NCBI GenBank assembly: GCA_973895155.1
Contig: OZ316891.1
Location: 24,861,899-24,925,898 of the forward strand
Reading direction: 5' to 3'
Source: Marsupella aquatica
Lineage: Eukaryota > Plantae > Marchantiophyta
DNA length: 64,000 nt
Position numbers and translations under genes: made by a program. This document shows, piece by piece, positions 49,135 to 62,525 of this stretch; the stretch's first letter is position 1, and each line of letters begins with the position of its first letter. Below the pieces are notes generated by a model. It did not search any database, was not told where the DNA came from, and saw only the letters and a list, made by a program, of their open reading frames with translations.

Positions 49135-49295
49135 CCTTGCCACCTTCAAGCAAACTTGTTTTGGCTCAAGTGTTGCTTGTCCAACTTATTCTCGTAAATC
49201 AGAACCCAATCCCCTTCCTTGACCAAGACAAGCCTCAACCAATTAGTCCTGTCAAACCTGCCCTTGTTCCTTAACCTCGCCATCTTCAATTGCTT

Positions 49296-51089
49296 CTAAG
49301 CCACCTCAATCTTTGCAGGTAACAAGTTGAAGTGTTCGATCCTTCGAACCAGCAACTCCTCTCTCGAAACTTCATCTTTCCAACCAATCAGTCGCCAGCT
49401 GCAAACATCTTCCTCGAGTGGCATCATCGGCAAGTGCCCAGTAAGTAGCTCAACCGGAACGTATCCGGTCACTGAGCTACAAGTCATCTGATCCGCTAAC
49501 AGAGCAAGTGGAAGAAGACTTGACCACCTGCCCAAGTCCCCATCACAAGCCTTAGCCAAAGTGCTCACAATCTGAATATGCCCCCTTTCAGATTTCCCAT
49601 TGCCTTCCGGATTGTAACTCAAAGTCAGCTTCAGTTTGATGCGGTATTGGTCAAAAAACTCTTGCGCTTCCTTGGAGCTGAGCTCCCCCCTATCAGCTCT
49701 AATCCTTGTAAAGCATCCATGCCTTGCAATAATGTCCTCAAGTATGAACTGGCAAACAGCAGCAGTAGTGTTCAAAACCAACGCTCTCCCTTCCACATAA
49801 GAAGACAAGTCTTCTCTCGCCAAAACCAAGTATCTTGCCCCATTGCTCTCCCTCGGCATGTACACCACATCAACAGCCCATTGAAAGTGTAGAGCCACGG
49901 GGTAAGTCGAAACCAATCCATCCCTATGTTGGATCCTTGAGTAAAACTGGCAAATCTTGCAAGTCTTGACATAGTCTCGAACGGCCAAGTATAAACCTCG
50001 CCACCAGTACAATTTTTGAACCCTCTTGTAAGTCGAATGCACCCCTTTGTGCCCAGCCATGTCAGCATCATGGCACTCTTTGAGAATTCGGTCTTTCTCA
50101 TCCTTGGTATCCACAACCCTCTGCAACAACTTACTTGGGTCCTTATGCCTTTGCCACAAGTAGCCCTCCCTCAATAGGAACTTGTAAGATCTCTTCCGAA
50201 TCTTGACAAACTCTTGGTAACTCCACTCTGGTTGCTTCTCCAAAGTGCTAATGTAACGCCCGATATCCAGCAACTCTCCCGAGTAGAGTCCTTCCTTGAA
50301 CTCTAGACTTCCAACACTTTTGGTTCCAATCACCTCGCCAACTCTCGTTGCTACCTCATTTTCGAATCTTGCCCTTGACAGTATGTCGGCAACCGGATTA
50401 TCCTTTCTTGCAATGTGACTTAGCTCAAGGTTGAACATCCAAATGAAAGCAATCCACCTGAGCATTGCTATGTCAGGCGTGTCACAATTTGCGATCATTT
50501 CCAGCAGCGATTGGCAATCAGTCTCAACCACCACCGGCGCCCCAATCAAATAGTTCCTCTCCTGATGGAGTGCCACTTTGGCACCCCACAGCTCCCTCTT
50601 AACTTGGGCATATCTCCTTTGCCTTTCCGTAAAAACTTTTGCCCCAAATCTGATAGCATACCTTTCCCCATTCTCGTCATCTTGCCCAACAGCCCACCTG
50701 GCTGCAAACGGACTCGCATCAACAGTCATGATCAGTGGTCGCCCACTCTCATAGTCCGCAGCTTGAAGAACTGGCGATCTCATGAGAGCGCTCTTAAGCT
50801 TGGCCATTGCTTCACTATGCTTGAGCAACCATCTCCACTTAACCTTTTTCCTCAACAGCTTGTAGAGCGGGTCCGCCAGGTGCAAGAAATGAGGGATCCA
50901 GATCTTGTAGAAGACACAAGCACCCAGAAACCTCCAAACTTTTGGCATCGATTCACAATCCTTCATCTCGCTAATAGCTCTCACCTTGTCCATGTTCAGC
51001 TTCCTTCCATATGATCCGCACATTTGCCCAACGACTTTCACCTCTTTCATCCCGAATTCAGACTTCTCCCCCAGAAGAGTGACTCCCAC
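49296..51089 (-). pseudogene. pol: pol fragment (RT C-terminus, RNase H, integrase core)
   Basis: 597-aa ORF with RNase H and integrase HHCC/DDE motifs, interrupted on both sides. Confidence 0.9.
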
Positions 51090-51134
51090 ATCGATCAGCT
51101 TCTCAAGAACCGCCTTGACATCAGTAATGTGATC

Positions 51135-51459
51135 ATCAATCTATTCATTAAAAGTGAATTATTATTCAATTTATGAACATATATTTGGGAAACATAAAGT
51201 GTACAATTAGGCAAGAAACAAAGTTGATGGCCATCAGATGTACCATCATGTTCATCCTTTGTAAATGAACTAGGATAAGACTCCTTCTAGTCAAGATCAT
51301 TTTTGTCACCTCAAGTTTACAGTTGATCATTTAGGTGTAGAGTATTATACCATAGTGTACCTTTTGGGTTTAAAAAGTGTACATTTAGAGACCAAAAAGT
51401 GAACATTTAGAGGCCTAAAAGTGAACAAAATAAAATACACTTTTAATGAATAGGGTGAT
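51135..51459. mobile_element. 325-bp MITE, TIR ATCA(A/C)(T/C)CTATTCATTAAAAGTG, 4-bp TSD GATC
   Basis: Removal restores RT FVWDHITDVK. Subterminal AAAAGTG(T/A)ACA repeats. Confidence 0.85.
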
Positions 51460-51650
51460 GATCCCACACAAACTGTCGGATCCCATCACTCCTCAAGGTC
51501 TCATCCTTCCCTTCAGCCAAACAACCCTTAATTGGGACATCATCAATGAACGGTCTCGCTTTTTCCGGAATGAACGGCTCCAAGATTTTACTCATCGCAT
51601 TTTGCATGTGTGCTACCGAGTTTGTCGCCCCTTGAGGAAGAGTGCACATC

Positions 51651-54600
51651 TGTCAAACACTTGTCAAGTAGCTTAAGCAGCTTTTCTCCCCAAAAGACTA
51701 CCTAATACCTCTCCATATCATACCAGGGTCACAAAGGATTGACAAAACTTCTGAAATGTGTCTACAATGACTAATCACTCCATACATAAGTAGTTTCAAC
51801 TCTCCACTTCTAGAGAGGTAGTCCCCTTGACTACTTTTTGTGGTGCGTCCCATGGCTCCCTAAACTCAAGAAACCCCCCAGCTCAAGCCGATTCCCGCAG
51901 GTTTCGCGCTTGGCGGGGCCGTTTCCGCGGCTTAGCGGCATGGGACGCTGCTAATCTCCTCTACATCTATTAACAATTTATACACATATACTGGATAGAT
52001 CCTTCATCGGGTCATGAGATATGAAGCCGGCCTACTCTAGGCCTTCCCTTGTCTTCCTCTCCTTCTGGTTAGGTATATTTGGATTCCGCCGCCGGAATGA
52101 TCCCCAATAGGCTTGGTTAAGCCGCTAAGACCTCTCTCAGCTCGACACATCCAACTCTCACTCCCTTGCTTACTTCCCTTCTCCTATTAGTTGATGTGGG
52201 CACTCTTCACACAAGTTAATGCGACACACAAATAGTAAAATGACTCCTTCTGACTGAGTCATACCATGCACTTGCCATACAAACAGTACATCTCATACAC
52301 AAGCTCTGCGAACTAAGCCGTGAGGCCAACTCTATTCAGCTCTTAGGCATGAGGAAACATGAATATACACAAGGTCACTGTATGACTAACCGAGAGCTTC
52401 TCTTACTACTTGATCCCAGCCCGGCTGGTGCAAACTAAAAACTTGCTAAAGAAGAGGCCCTGAGCTCCCCGCAGCCCAGGTATTTATCCTGGTAGCGGAT
52501 CCGCCTAATTCTTTGCAGCGTAAGCCTAATCTACCTAACATTAATCTACCTGCCCAGATCTACCTATGTACAGCAAGGCAGGGGCACAAGTGTTGCTCCT
52601 ACCAGTGGAACCGCAATCCCACTAAGCTAAGTGTCAGGGCCGCTCCTGGTCCTGATCCTAATCTTAAACTTGGAAATCAGCGCCCGCCCTGCCCACTCAC
52701 GCCTCCTACCTCCACGTCCGCCCTTCCTAAAAGGAACGGCGCCCTTGCACCGTAATGACACCGGTGGTGGATCCTCAATGGACGCCCCCAACGCTTCCTC
52801 CTCAGCCACTGCCGTTGGCCCGCCTACTGACAGATTACTTGCCCTTGACCGAGTCAACTCTCCATCAGCCTGACTGGGTCCACCTTCGGCTTTGGCCTCA
52901 ACACCGGCCTCGGAAACACCCACGGCTTCGGCCTCAGCCACTCCCACGGCTTCAGCCTCCCCTTCTTCTAGGGTAGTTGGATCCTTTGCCGTGACCCTGT
53001 CTGGGGTCGGTGCTGGGTCTACCTCCTTGGTCACCACGGCCTGTGGAGTCGTATTACTCCTTGACCCTGAAGGTTTTCGCTTCTTCTTTGTTTCCGGCTC
53101 GGCAGCTGGTCCCTTCCCCTTCCCACTTACTTTCAGCACTGGTGCAGGTGGCGCGGCTTGTTCTTCGGCCAGTACCACTCCTGGTAACTGGTTCGCCCCA
53201 ACGGGAGATGGACCTGCTGCAGCTAAGCATTTAAATACTGCGGCTTGTTTCTTCAGCCGCTCTGTTTGGTTGTCGGCCCACCGCTGTAGGTTCTCCATCT
53301 TCCTCGTGATTTCCTCCAACTCCTCTTGGGTCTCATCCAGGTCCTTACGTGCCCCCTCCAGCTCGTTTTTGGCCTCCTCTTGCTCCCTGTGGGCTTCCTC
53401 CAATTCCTTCTTCAAGGTAGCCCTCTCCTCCTGGGTTGCTCTTAGCTCTTTGTCGAGCTCTGTCACGATCTCAGACTCCATTTTATTCATCTTGGCATAA
53501 GTCTGATCGAGCATATCGTCCTTCTCCCTTAGGTCGGCCTTGAAGCTGGCCGTTAGGGACGCAAGCTCCTGCTGCAGCGCAATAATCTCTTGATAGGATT
53601 TCCCTAACTCGGCCTCCTTCTGCTCAAGGGCTCCGCGGCTTTTCTCGAGCTCCCCCTTCAACGCCCATTCCTTTCTTTGGGTCTCCGCCATGACCCGGTT
53701 GTTGACTGCTATATGGGCCTCCTCTGCGTCTCTCAGCTCCTTCTTCCATTTCTCCCTGTCCTTGATTGCGTCGGCCAATTCTCCCTGGGTCTGAGTCAGT
53801 TTATCCTTGATAATCTGACTATCAGCCTGCGCTGTGTCCAACTGCCCCTGCATGATGTTCAGCTCATGCCGCTTAATCCGCAGTTCATCTTGGGCTTTCT
53901 TGGCCGCCCTTAGATCTTCAATCTTGGCTTCCATCCTCCTAAGCCACCGGATGACCTCGTCCTTCTTGCTTCTCTCTAAAACCACCGCTTCATCTAATTG
54001 GTGCTTCTCCAACTGCTCCCTATGGAAAAAGGGTCCTACCTCCAACTCCTCAAAGATGTCGAGCGCAAGTTCCCCACACATCTCACCATACTCCATGGCT
54101 CTATTCTTAGCGTAGGTGGAGTAAGTAGAAGTGATCGGCATCGCCCATCGCGGCCTCTGCTCCCAAGCCGTCTTGCGGATCTCTTCAATCGTGGCTAGAG
54201 GTTTGCTTCCTTTTTTGGCTAGCCGCCTGATGTCCTCCGGCCAATCTCCTCCTAGTAAATCCTTTTCCCTAGCTAGGGCTGCCTCCTCTTCCTGCCTGAT
54301 TCGCTCTTGAAATTCTTGCACCGTCTATTTTATGCCGTCAAAGCTCGGGGGAGCAACATCTGGTGGGGGAGACTCAGGGCTACTCTGCTGGTTGGGGTCC
54401 CCTCATACTACCCTTGGAAGTGTGGGGATAAACCGGCCACAGGTCCTTACTCCTGGAACGTGATGGTCCGACCCATAGTCGGAGTTATCATGGCTGCAGT
54501 CCTCCACTGCCTCCTCTACTTCTTGGACTTCCGGCTTCTCCCTCTCTTCTTCGTCGGTAGGAGCTTCAGGCAATTCTGCCTCAGATTCAGAGCTTGAGAC

Positions 54601-57300
54601 TCCTACGTACATTCAAACACCCGGCTTGGATTCTGGCCTGATTCTCTCCTTATTTCCGGTAAAGGGGTTTTCCCTTCTAAGTCTGCTTAGGTTGACCTCT
54701 GGGGCAGTGTCCTGCATTGTTGCCGTTGCCGTTGTCGTTGCCGATCTCTTTTCTTTCTCCAGTAGTTTCAGCAGATTCTGCATGCCTGGTTGCTGCATCG
54801 GCAAGTCTTCCTTCCTTGGCCTAAACACCTGCTCAATCGTAGGGCTAACAGGTGGTTGAGGCTTTTCTGCTACCGGCCTCGGTGCTGGAGCTTCCTCGGG
54901 TGTCCTTACCTGCAGGGGAAGTACTGGGGCAAAGGTCTGACCTCTGGCATACCGGCACAACAGCGGCATGTGATAGCCAAGCCGCGACACGCTCCCCATG
55001 CCGATTACCTGCTGCTCCTCCTTTAAGATCTTCTTCAATTGGTTGAGGAGGTGCCCGTTGTAGTCCCGGCTTGGGTCTGGCCTCTCTGCCAGATAGACCT
55101 GTGCCTTGCCGATCTCTGCCCTTGGCAAGTTACAATGCATGGTCACCCGCAAGAAGTCGATCATCTCTCCCCTGTGCGGGTTGGTGCAGGTGTTCCGGAA
55201 GAAGCCATTCTTCGTTGATGGCCCGGGGAACGACCAGAACTCTTTGTCAGGCAAGGTCTTCCTGGTATCAACCTTGGTCTTATTGCCTATCGGCAAGCCA
55301 AACACTTCGGCAATTACCTTGGGAGTAAGATAGAAATCCTTCCCATATATCCTCGTGCAATTGGTCTCGGGTTCCCATGACCCCACGAATTCTAATAGGT
55401 CTGAATCTGGCACCTCCGGCTTCAGCCATGGTAATCTTACAAAGGCCTCTAAGTCGGATCCGGCCATGAAGCCTTGGTACTTCTTGGTCTGCATGGCCGT
55501 AAAGCATGCATCCTCCTCCCGTGCAAAATGTAGTTGCACCTCCACTGGTAGAGTTGCCGCCCAGCCCTTCCAGGTGTCATCCCTGGTTGGAATGGCATTA
55601 ATGGGATCGACCTCCTCCACTTCGGCTTCTCCCTGCCTCCTACTCTGCTGCTCGGCTGGCTTTGTTGGTGCCGCCGACCTCGTTCTTTTGGCCGGGGTGG
55701 CTTCATCGTTGACGGCTCCCTTCCTCTTCATCTCGGCTGCCGTGGAGGTTTCTCCTAGCACCGTTGCCTGGGTCCACCTTTCCGTGCTACCCTTCAATTC
55801 CCAGTGTATGTCGTTGCAGTTCTTGATGGCCTCTCGAATGCCGATGATTCTGTCTTCACAAAACAGAAGATCGTCGAGCTGATTGGAAGTAGGAGTCCAC
55901 AAGAACTCGGCCTTGATGAGTTCGCCTCCTACGAAAGCCGTTTTCTGCAGCTCCCACAATCGAGCGAGCTCTTGTCGTTCTCAAGCTGCCCTTTTTGATT
56001 CTTCGTCCTCGTAAGTCTTGATGTACTCAGTTGCCCGTTCGAACAGGCATCCCCAGAAATGTGCCGCTTGATTGACGTTGCTCATACCCTCCTTAGGTCG
56101 ATCATCGGTATCTACTCTCTCCCCGAGTGCTTGCCTAAGCAGCTGACAGTAGTTGGCCTCCCGTAGTCGTCTGCCTAGTTCGTGCTCGCAAATGAGCCAC
56201 CATCTCCTGCAAGCGCTCCTTACCCCTCTCCTCTTCCGGTCCTTCCTCCCGTTGATCCTTCCTAGCTGCCGACGCTTAGCGCGCCCTAACCCTAATTGAG
56301 TTTTCACCCCCAGCGTCCTTACCTCCGGCCTTGGCCCGGGTTCCATAGTCGCCCCTAATTGTTTATATTTTCCTTGTTTTGTCCCTATACTAAGGTGTTT
56401 CCAGGGTGCATTCCTGCTTTACCTACTTAACTGGCCGAGTGATTCCTGGCTAGGCATCACACTTTTGTACTCACACCCTTCCCCTCTCCTCTACTCCAAG
56501 GATTAGCAAGGGGGATCTCCGCTCCAAGCTGTCACCTTAGAGAAGAGTCTCACACAAACACCCAAGAACCAAAGTACTCTCCTCTTCAAGCTTAAGTCTC
56601 CTCAAGACCCTCAAAGTAGTGTTACCCCTCAACCTTGCCCCCCTGGCCTTGGTTTGGGTCCACACATCCCCTTTGAGCTCTAGAGAAGGCTCCTCTATCT
56701 AAGGACTCTTCCTCTTGTTCTTACTTCTTGTTAATACCACACACCAAGCAAAATACTTTCCACCCTCAAGCTATAATCCTCTCTAAGTCTCAAAGTAGTG
56801 CTCTACCTTAACCTTGCCTCTTGGCCTTGGTTTTGTACTAGCACATCCCCTTCAAGCTTAGACCAAGATTATATCATAGCATGGACTCTTCTCTTGCTCT
56901 CATATACTTCAAATGCACACACACTTAATGGTCACAATGAAGATTGGCAAGTCTCCTTTTATTGCATCACCTTTACAAAAAAAATTCACTACACATTCTC
57001 CACACTAAGCATGGACCACCTCTCCCTTCTCAAGCTTAGCCCTACCTTGGCAAGGTAGAGATTCCACTTAAGAGATGAGACTCCCGGTCCCTAACAAATA
57101 AAAACTTACTCCTTATATACTATTCTCCTTCCACACCACACCAAGCTTGACCTGGGGTCCAACTACTCCTCCCCCAAGTCCTCCTAACACACAAAGTCCA
57201 ACTCTATGGTTCGTAGCTCACCCTACAACCTATTGTTTGCACTCCTTCCAAGTCTTGTATTTGGTACTCAAGTATACAAGCATGGCCATAGACGAGTATT
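51651..57300. mobile_element. Unclassified insertion starting TGTCA in RT, with internal imperfect duplications (56570-56910); right end unresolved
   Basis: RT homology stops at 51650. Non-coding sequence flanks the solo LTR on both sides. Confidence 0.4.
51839..56461 (-). mobile_element. Solo LTR, family A (4,623 bp), with a decayed LTR ORF at ~52754-56346
   Basis: TG...CA ends, TSD CTTTT at 51834-51838 and 56462-56466. Confidence 0.95.
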
Positions 57301-58485
57301 GCCTTTCCAATTCTTCTTCTAGCTTGTCCCTTCCCAAGTTAGACTCCGCACATTCAAGTGGCTCATCCTCTCCATTATCCATCGTGTTTTTCCCCTTCAC
57401 AAGGAGCTAAGGAACAAGCACTCCGCCGATCCACTCTTTTCAGCGAAGTGCCATGTCATTTTCTGGACCTGGACTAGAGTCGGCACTCTCAGTCCTCAAC
57501 CCCTTTCTGTTCCTCTCGTTCCCAGGTAAAACAGCCGGAAACTGAACCACCTCTTTCCCATCTTTGCTCCGAACCTTCACCATGAAGGTAGTATCATCCG
57601 GAACCTTTGTCTCCATCCTCCATTCAGTAATGAACGGCATGCCCAGTATCACTGGAAATGACAAGTGCTCGTGAACAAAGATGTTACAAGCCTGCTTGAC
57701 ATTCCCAAACTTCACCATCACATTTGGACATCCGCCCCAAAGATAGTCCTTCCTCGAACACACCGAGTTCACACTCCAAAGCAGCTCATTATCCACCGGC
57801 CAATTCCCCTTTTGAAACACCTTTGGATCCATCAAGTTGATCTCCGAGCTAGTATCAATGAGCGCTCGCACTTTGCCTTCCATTCCCTCTAGTTGACACT
57901 TGCTCTCCGGACTTGCTCGAGCCCAGTATCCATCTCGGTAAGCATAACCGTTTCCTTTCATTGAGCCCATGACATGAATGGTCCTTGATTGCGCAGTAAT
58001 GCCTTCTCGTTGTTTCCCTTCAGTTGGGTCCCTGTTTGCCACAGACTCAGCTTCGCTTCCGGTTCCCATGAGCTCCTCTTCCGCATCAAAGAACTCATCG
58101 CCCAAGTCCATGAGCTCCTCATCCGCATCAAAGAACTCATCGTCCATAAGCTCCCCTCCAAGGGACTTGACCCTTTTTGGTTTTCCCAAGTCTGACTCTT
58201 TGGGGCCAGCAAACTTGCTTCCTGAACCCATGGACGCCCCAACAATGTAAGTTTGGAAACTTCCCATTTTCGTCTCGCCAGCCTCCCCCATCAAGGTGTG
58301 AGGGCCCTCTTTGTAAATCCGTTTCCTCTTGGATCTCTCCAAGATCGCTTCCTGGATCTCTCGCCTCATACTGCCAAAGAACTCAACATTGGTAAAACCT
58401 TGAGCCTGTTGGCTCTAGAACTTCTCAGCTACAACCTCCTGGTACATAGCCTGGTCAACATCCCTGCCAAGCACCTAGCCCGGAT

Positions 58486-61400
58486 TGTCACGTCGCCAGC
58501 CTAGGCCTTAACCCGGGCTTTGGCTTAGACAGGCACATCCTTTGTCAAAATGAGGGTTCGGGCAGGGAGGGAGGCACGGAATGCACCTAACTCACGTAAA
58601 CTAGCGCTAAGTGCGCCTATTGTCATATACGGACACCTCCTAGGTATGGTTTGTGTTCCACCGTCGGAATGTACCTCAGTCAATAGCAGGATCGACCCCG
58701 GCTTACGGGCTTCTAAGCCTTTGTGTTGTCCGCCTTCGATCCGGATTTGATGATATGGGTACTCAACCCGGGCTCGCAACCACTTCCCCGCAAGCTGCAC
58801 CCCGTGCACGACTTGGGTAGTGCGTTTGGCCAAGCGTTGGCACCTATACACGAGATTCACACAATCATATACATACGCACAAGCATACAATCTCGATTTA
58901 CACAAAGGAAATCATGGGAAAGGATTTTACTACATAGGAGACATATGCGTACACTTAGTTGACCCGAAAGCTCTGGAATGAACAGGTCCAAGGCCGAGGG
59001 TGTACACTACAACGGAGCCCGGCTCCGCACTCCCCCAACGAGCTTAGTCCTACACCCTCCCCTTGGTACTCTTTCACTCCCAGAGGTTGGGACTCCCCGC
59101 ACATACCGCGGATGTCCAACACTGAGACTAAAAAACCCCCCTTGCCTCTACGGGTATGGCACCCATGACAGAAAATAGGAAACAGGTTTCCTGGTACCAG
59201 TAAAAATTTTCCTGTTACCAGCAAAAAGTTACTGTCACCAGGAAAAATGACAATCAAAAAATATTTTCAAAACAGTCATATTTTCCAAAAAAAAATTTAA
59301 AAAAACATTTTTTGGCTAGCTTTGGGCGCTGGCTAAAATAAATAAATATTCAGAAAACAAAAACTTTTTTTTTCAAAAAATAAAAATTCAAGAAATTTTT
59401 TTGAAAAAATTTCAAAAAAAATTACCACTCCTTTTCCTGGTAACAGCTTCTATTTCCTGTTACCAGTTTATGTTTGCTGTTACCGTTTGCTGTTTGTTGT
59501 CATTTGTAAATACCTCTGCCTCTACCAAGGGGTGCACTAAATACTAACTAAGGGTCGAGGAACAGAGTGCCCTCGCGCCCAAAGATTCGCTAACTAAGGT
59601 CCTAACTAAGCTGGCTGTCAGGCCGGAAAATGGCTTGTCTTATTAGAAGATCATAATCTACGTAGGCTGGACAGCATGGCAGTGTTGCTTTAACTAGGGC
59701 AGGTGCTTGTCCCTATAGCCTGATTTAGCTATTCTTAACTCTATTTTAATCCTACTCTGCCGCTAATGCTTGGCACGCTTGCCAGGGCCGCCTGAGTGGG
59801 AGCGGCTATCCCGCTACCTTCTGAGTCTGTCGGCGTCTTGCTTGAGTAGCTGGACCTGGTCCAGTAGAGATTCGTTCTCCCGCTTTGCCGCGTCCGCCTC
59901 TTCCGCGACCTCCTGGCATGCCTCCTCTAGTTGCTGGGTGTCGCTTGTCAGCTTATCCACCAACTGGGCCTGTTTCGTGGCTTCTCCTTGACGCCGCACC
60001 ACCTTTGCCTTTAGGGTGTCAATCTTGGCTGTGTCTCGCTGAGACCTAGAGTCAGCTTCCTCCAGATCCTTTTGCCAACTGACGGCTTGTCCCTTCAAAT
60101 CGTCAATCTTGGTCCGGAGCCGTGCGATCTCGGTGTCCTTCCCAAGCCCGGCCTGTTCTGCTAAAGCTGCTCGGGCCCTAGCCTTGGCAACCTGGTCCTC
60201 CGTGGCCGTTACCTAAGGCCGCAGTTGCTGGAGTTCAGCCTCCAGGGTTGACACTTTGTCCTTCAGGTTGGCAGACTCAACCCGATATCGCTCTATTCTC
60301 TGCATTGTCTCTGCCTGCGCATGTCCTGCCCTTACAGCCGCAACCAACTCCTGGTTGAAGAAGTAGGCCACCCTCTAGGCCATGTATTCCCCGGTGTCCT
60401 GAGAGATTTGTTGAGAGAATCTCCCAACAACCCGTTCAGAAATGTGCCCGGCGCAAAGAGTTCCGGATGGTCTAGACTGTGTCTATCTGGATTCGAGCAC
60501 GGGCAGACTCCAACCCGTGCGAGAGTGGGAGTGGACACATCCAGCCCTTGAGGTAAGTTGGTTGAAGGGGCTGGTTCCACTGGAGGTTGGCGGTTCTCCT
60601 ACACAACCGCAGGGGGTGGCGGAATCTCCTTGGCTACCGTGGCATCTGCTTCAGGTATGGCACAAGGTACAAAGTCTTTCTTCTCCGCTCCATCTCCTCG
60701 TGGAACTTCTTGACGAAGAAGGACGCCCACTTCCTGGGCCGATAGTTCTCCACCTGGATGACCTGGATGGCCGATATTTTGCCTCTGGGTTCCATCATGT
60801 GGAGGGCATACCGCTAGAACTCCAAGCTTTCTGCTACCTCCGGGATGAGGCACGTCCTCATTAAGAACCCATTGTCCACTACCCCCTCGGTTGGGAAGCT
60901 AGAGGACTGGTATTTAGCTCCCTTGCCCCCAGGAGCCCGCGACTCTACTCGGTTTATCCCCTCGGGTAAGCCAAAAATCATCTTTAGACGTGCCTCATTG
61001 AGACACATCACTCTCCCATGCGCTCAGGTTTGTTGACGGGCCTCGTCTAAGTTTTGAATGAACTCCGTCATATCCTGCCCGTCTCTTCCGTTCCAAGGGA
61101 GAGAGGCGAGGTGCTCAAACCCTTGGGTCTTCAGATAGCATGCACGCTTGGGGTGGAGGATGTTCTTGTGAACATTGTCCCCCATTTGATGCATGGTCAG
61201 CTTGGCTACCGCAACCGTGGCCAAAGGCAACCCGGATACGGCTGCGGGTTCCTTCCTCTTCCTACCCCGAGATTGATTCCTAGGGTGACTAGAAGAAGGG
61301 GACATCTCTCCTTCCTCTCGGTCAGGTGGTGGTAGCGCAACTGCCGTGAGTATTGGTGTCGGGGCTGCTAGAGTTACCGTGTTATCCCCTTGGGCTTGCT

Positions 61401-62525
61401 GGAGTGGTGCTGGGTTGTTCGGCGCTTGTTGAGTCGCACCCCGCAGCCGTCAATTCAGAGGAGGGTGAGCCTCCTCGTCTTCGGAGCTAATATTTACCGC
61501 ATTCACCAAGGATCGTACTCGGAGAGGTGGTGGAACCGGCGACGGGGACCGGCTCGGCTGAGGCCAAGGAGGTGTAGGTGAAGGTACGGGCACGGGTTGG
61601 CCGGCACTGGTCATTGATGGTAGAGTTGCCATGAAGTTCTGCAGGTGCAGGTGGAGGTTTTCCAAAGCAAGTGCAGACGGCCCTATCAACCGGGTAGTGT
61701 TGAACTCGCTGTTGATGATAGCCTGGACCCGAGCGGGGATGTGGTTGAAGTGGTGTTGCTGCAAGTCAATCGTGCCCGAGAGAGTGAAGACCGCGTCCGG
61801 GAGCCGATATATTTGCCTTCGTCAAAGAAGTACCCTGATACCTCTTTGGGTTGGTAAAGCTTGCTCTGGGACGGGTACTCAAAGTTAAGGAGATAGTGGT
61901 GGCGGCCTGCTAGGCAGATGAATTTCTTGTATTTGCGTTCGATCTTGTATCGGCGCGGGTTGGCGTGTTTCAATGAGTCGGCCAAGTGCCCTTCGATAGA
62001 TAGGGACTGAGTCCAGAATCGTATGGCTGAATTGGAAAGGATCGTGTGCGACATTCAGAGGAGATAGCAGGTGACTAAGGATAAGCGAGAGAGCTGGGGT
62101 TGAAGCTGGCGCGTGGACTAAAGAACTGGTGCACTGCAAAGGATCGGCCCCCTTTTATACCCTGAGAGCTTGTCGATCACCCGACGCCTCCTTGTCGCTT
62201 ATAGGCCGAGCCTTTCACGCTTGTAGTGTACCGGCCACTTTGTCGGTCCGGGTCAGCTCGTATTAGTGGTCGCCTCCCGGAGTTTGTTATACGGACCCGA
62301 GGGAGGGGGAAAGGGGACTCATTACACGCTCGCAACCCAAGCATGCGAATGGCGACCGCCGCCAGCCCAAACATGAATTCCCCTTATTGACTAATGATTT
62401 CCTACTCATAATGGCTACCTAAATACTTTCATTATGCTAATAATAACGGCCTAAGATACCCTAACGTGCATGCTAGGCGCGGTTAGACCGAATCACTCAT
62501 TACCTGTTGTACCGATGGCATCACA
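58486..62525 (-). mobile_element. Solo LTR, family D (4.0 kb), with a decayed LTR ORF (59814-62054) most like family B
   Basis: TSD CGGAT at 58481-58485 and 62526-62530. Reverse complement starts TGTGATGCC. Peptides LASLPW...EFIQN, IFGLPEG, DNGF...C, and coiled coil. Confidence 0.88.
59152..59516. mobile_element. 365-bp Mutator-like foldback MITE
   Basis: 9-bp TSD TGCCTCTAC at 59143-59151 and 59517-59525. G-starting imperfect long TIRs and an AT-rich core. Confidence 0.75.

Noticed and set aside
54600-54670. 54-nt segment missing in the full-length element as a spliced intron, or a two-ORF boundary
   Set aside because: No GT donor, and GGA microhomology flanks it. The TGA before MYVG is CGG in the 7691 copy, which points to one ancestral ORF.
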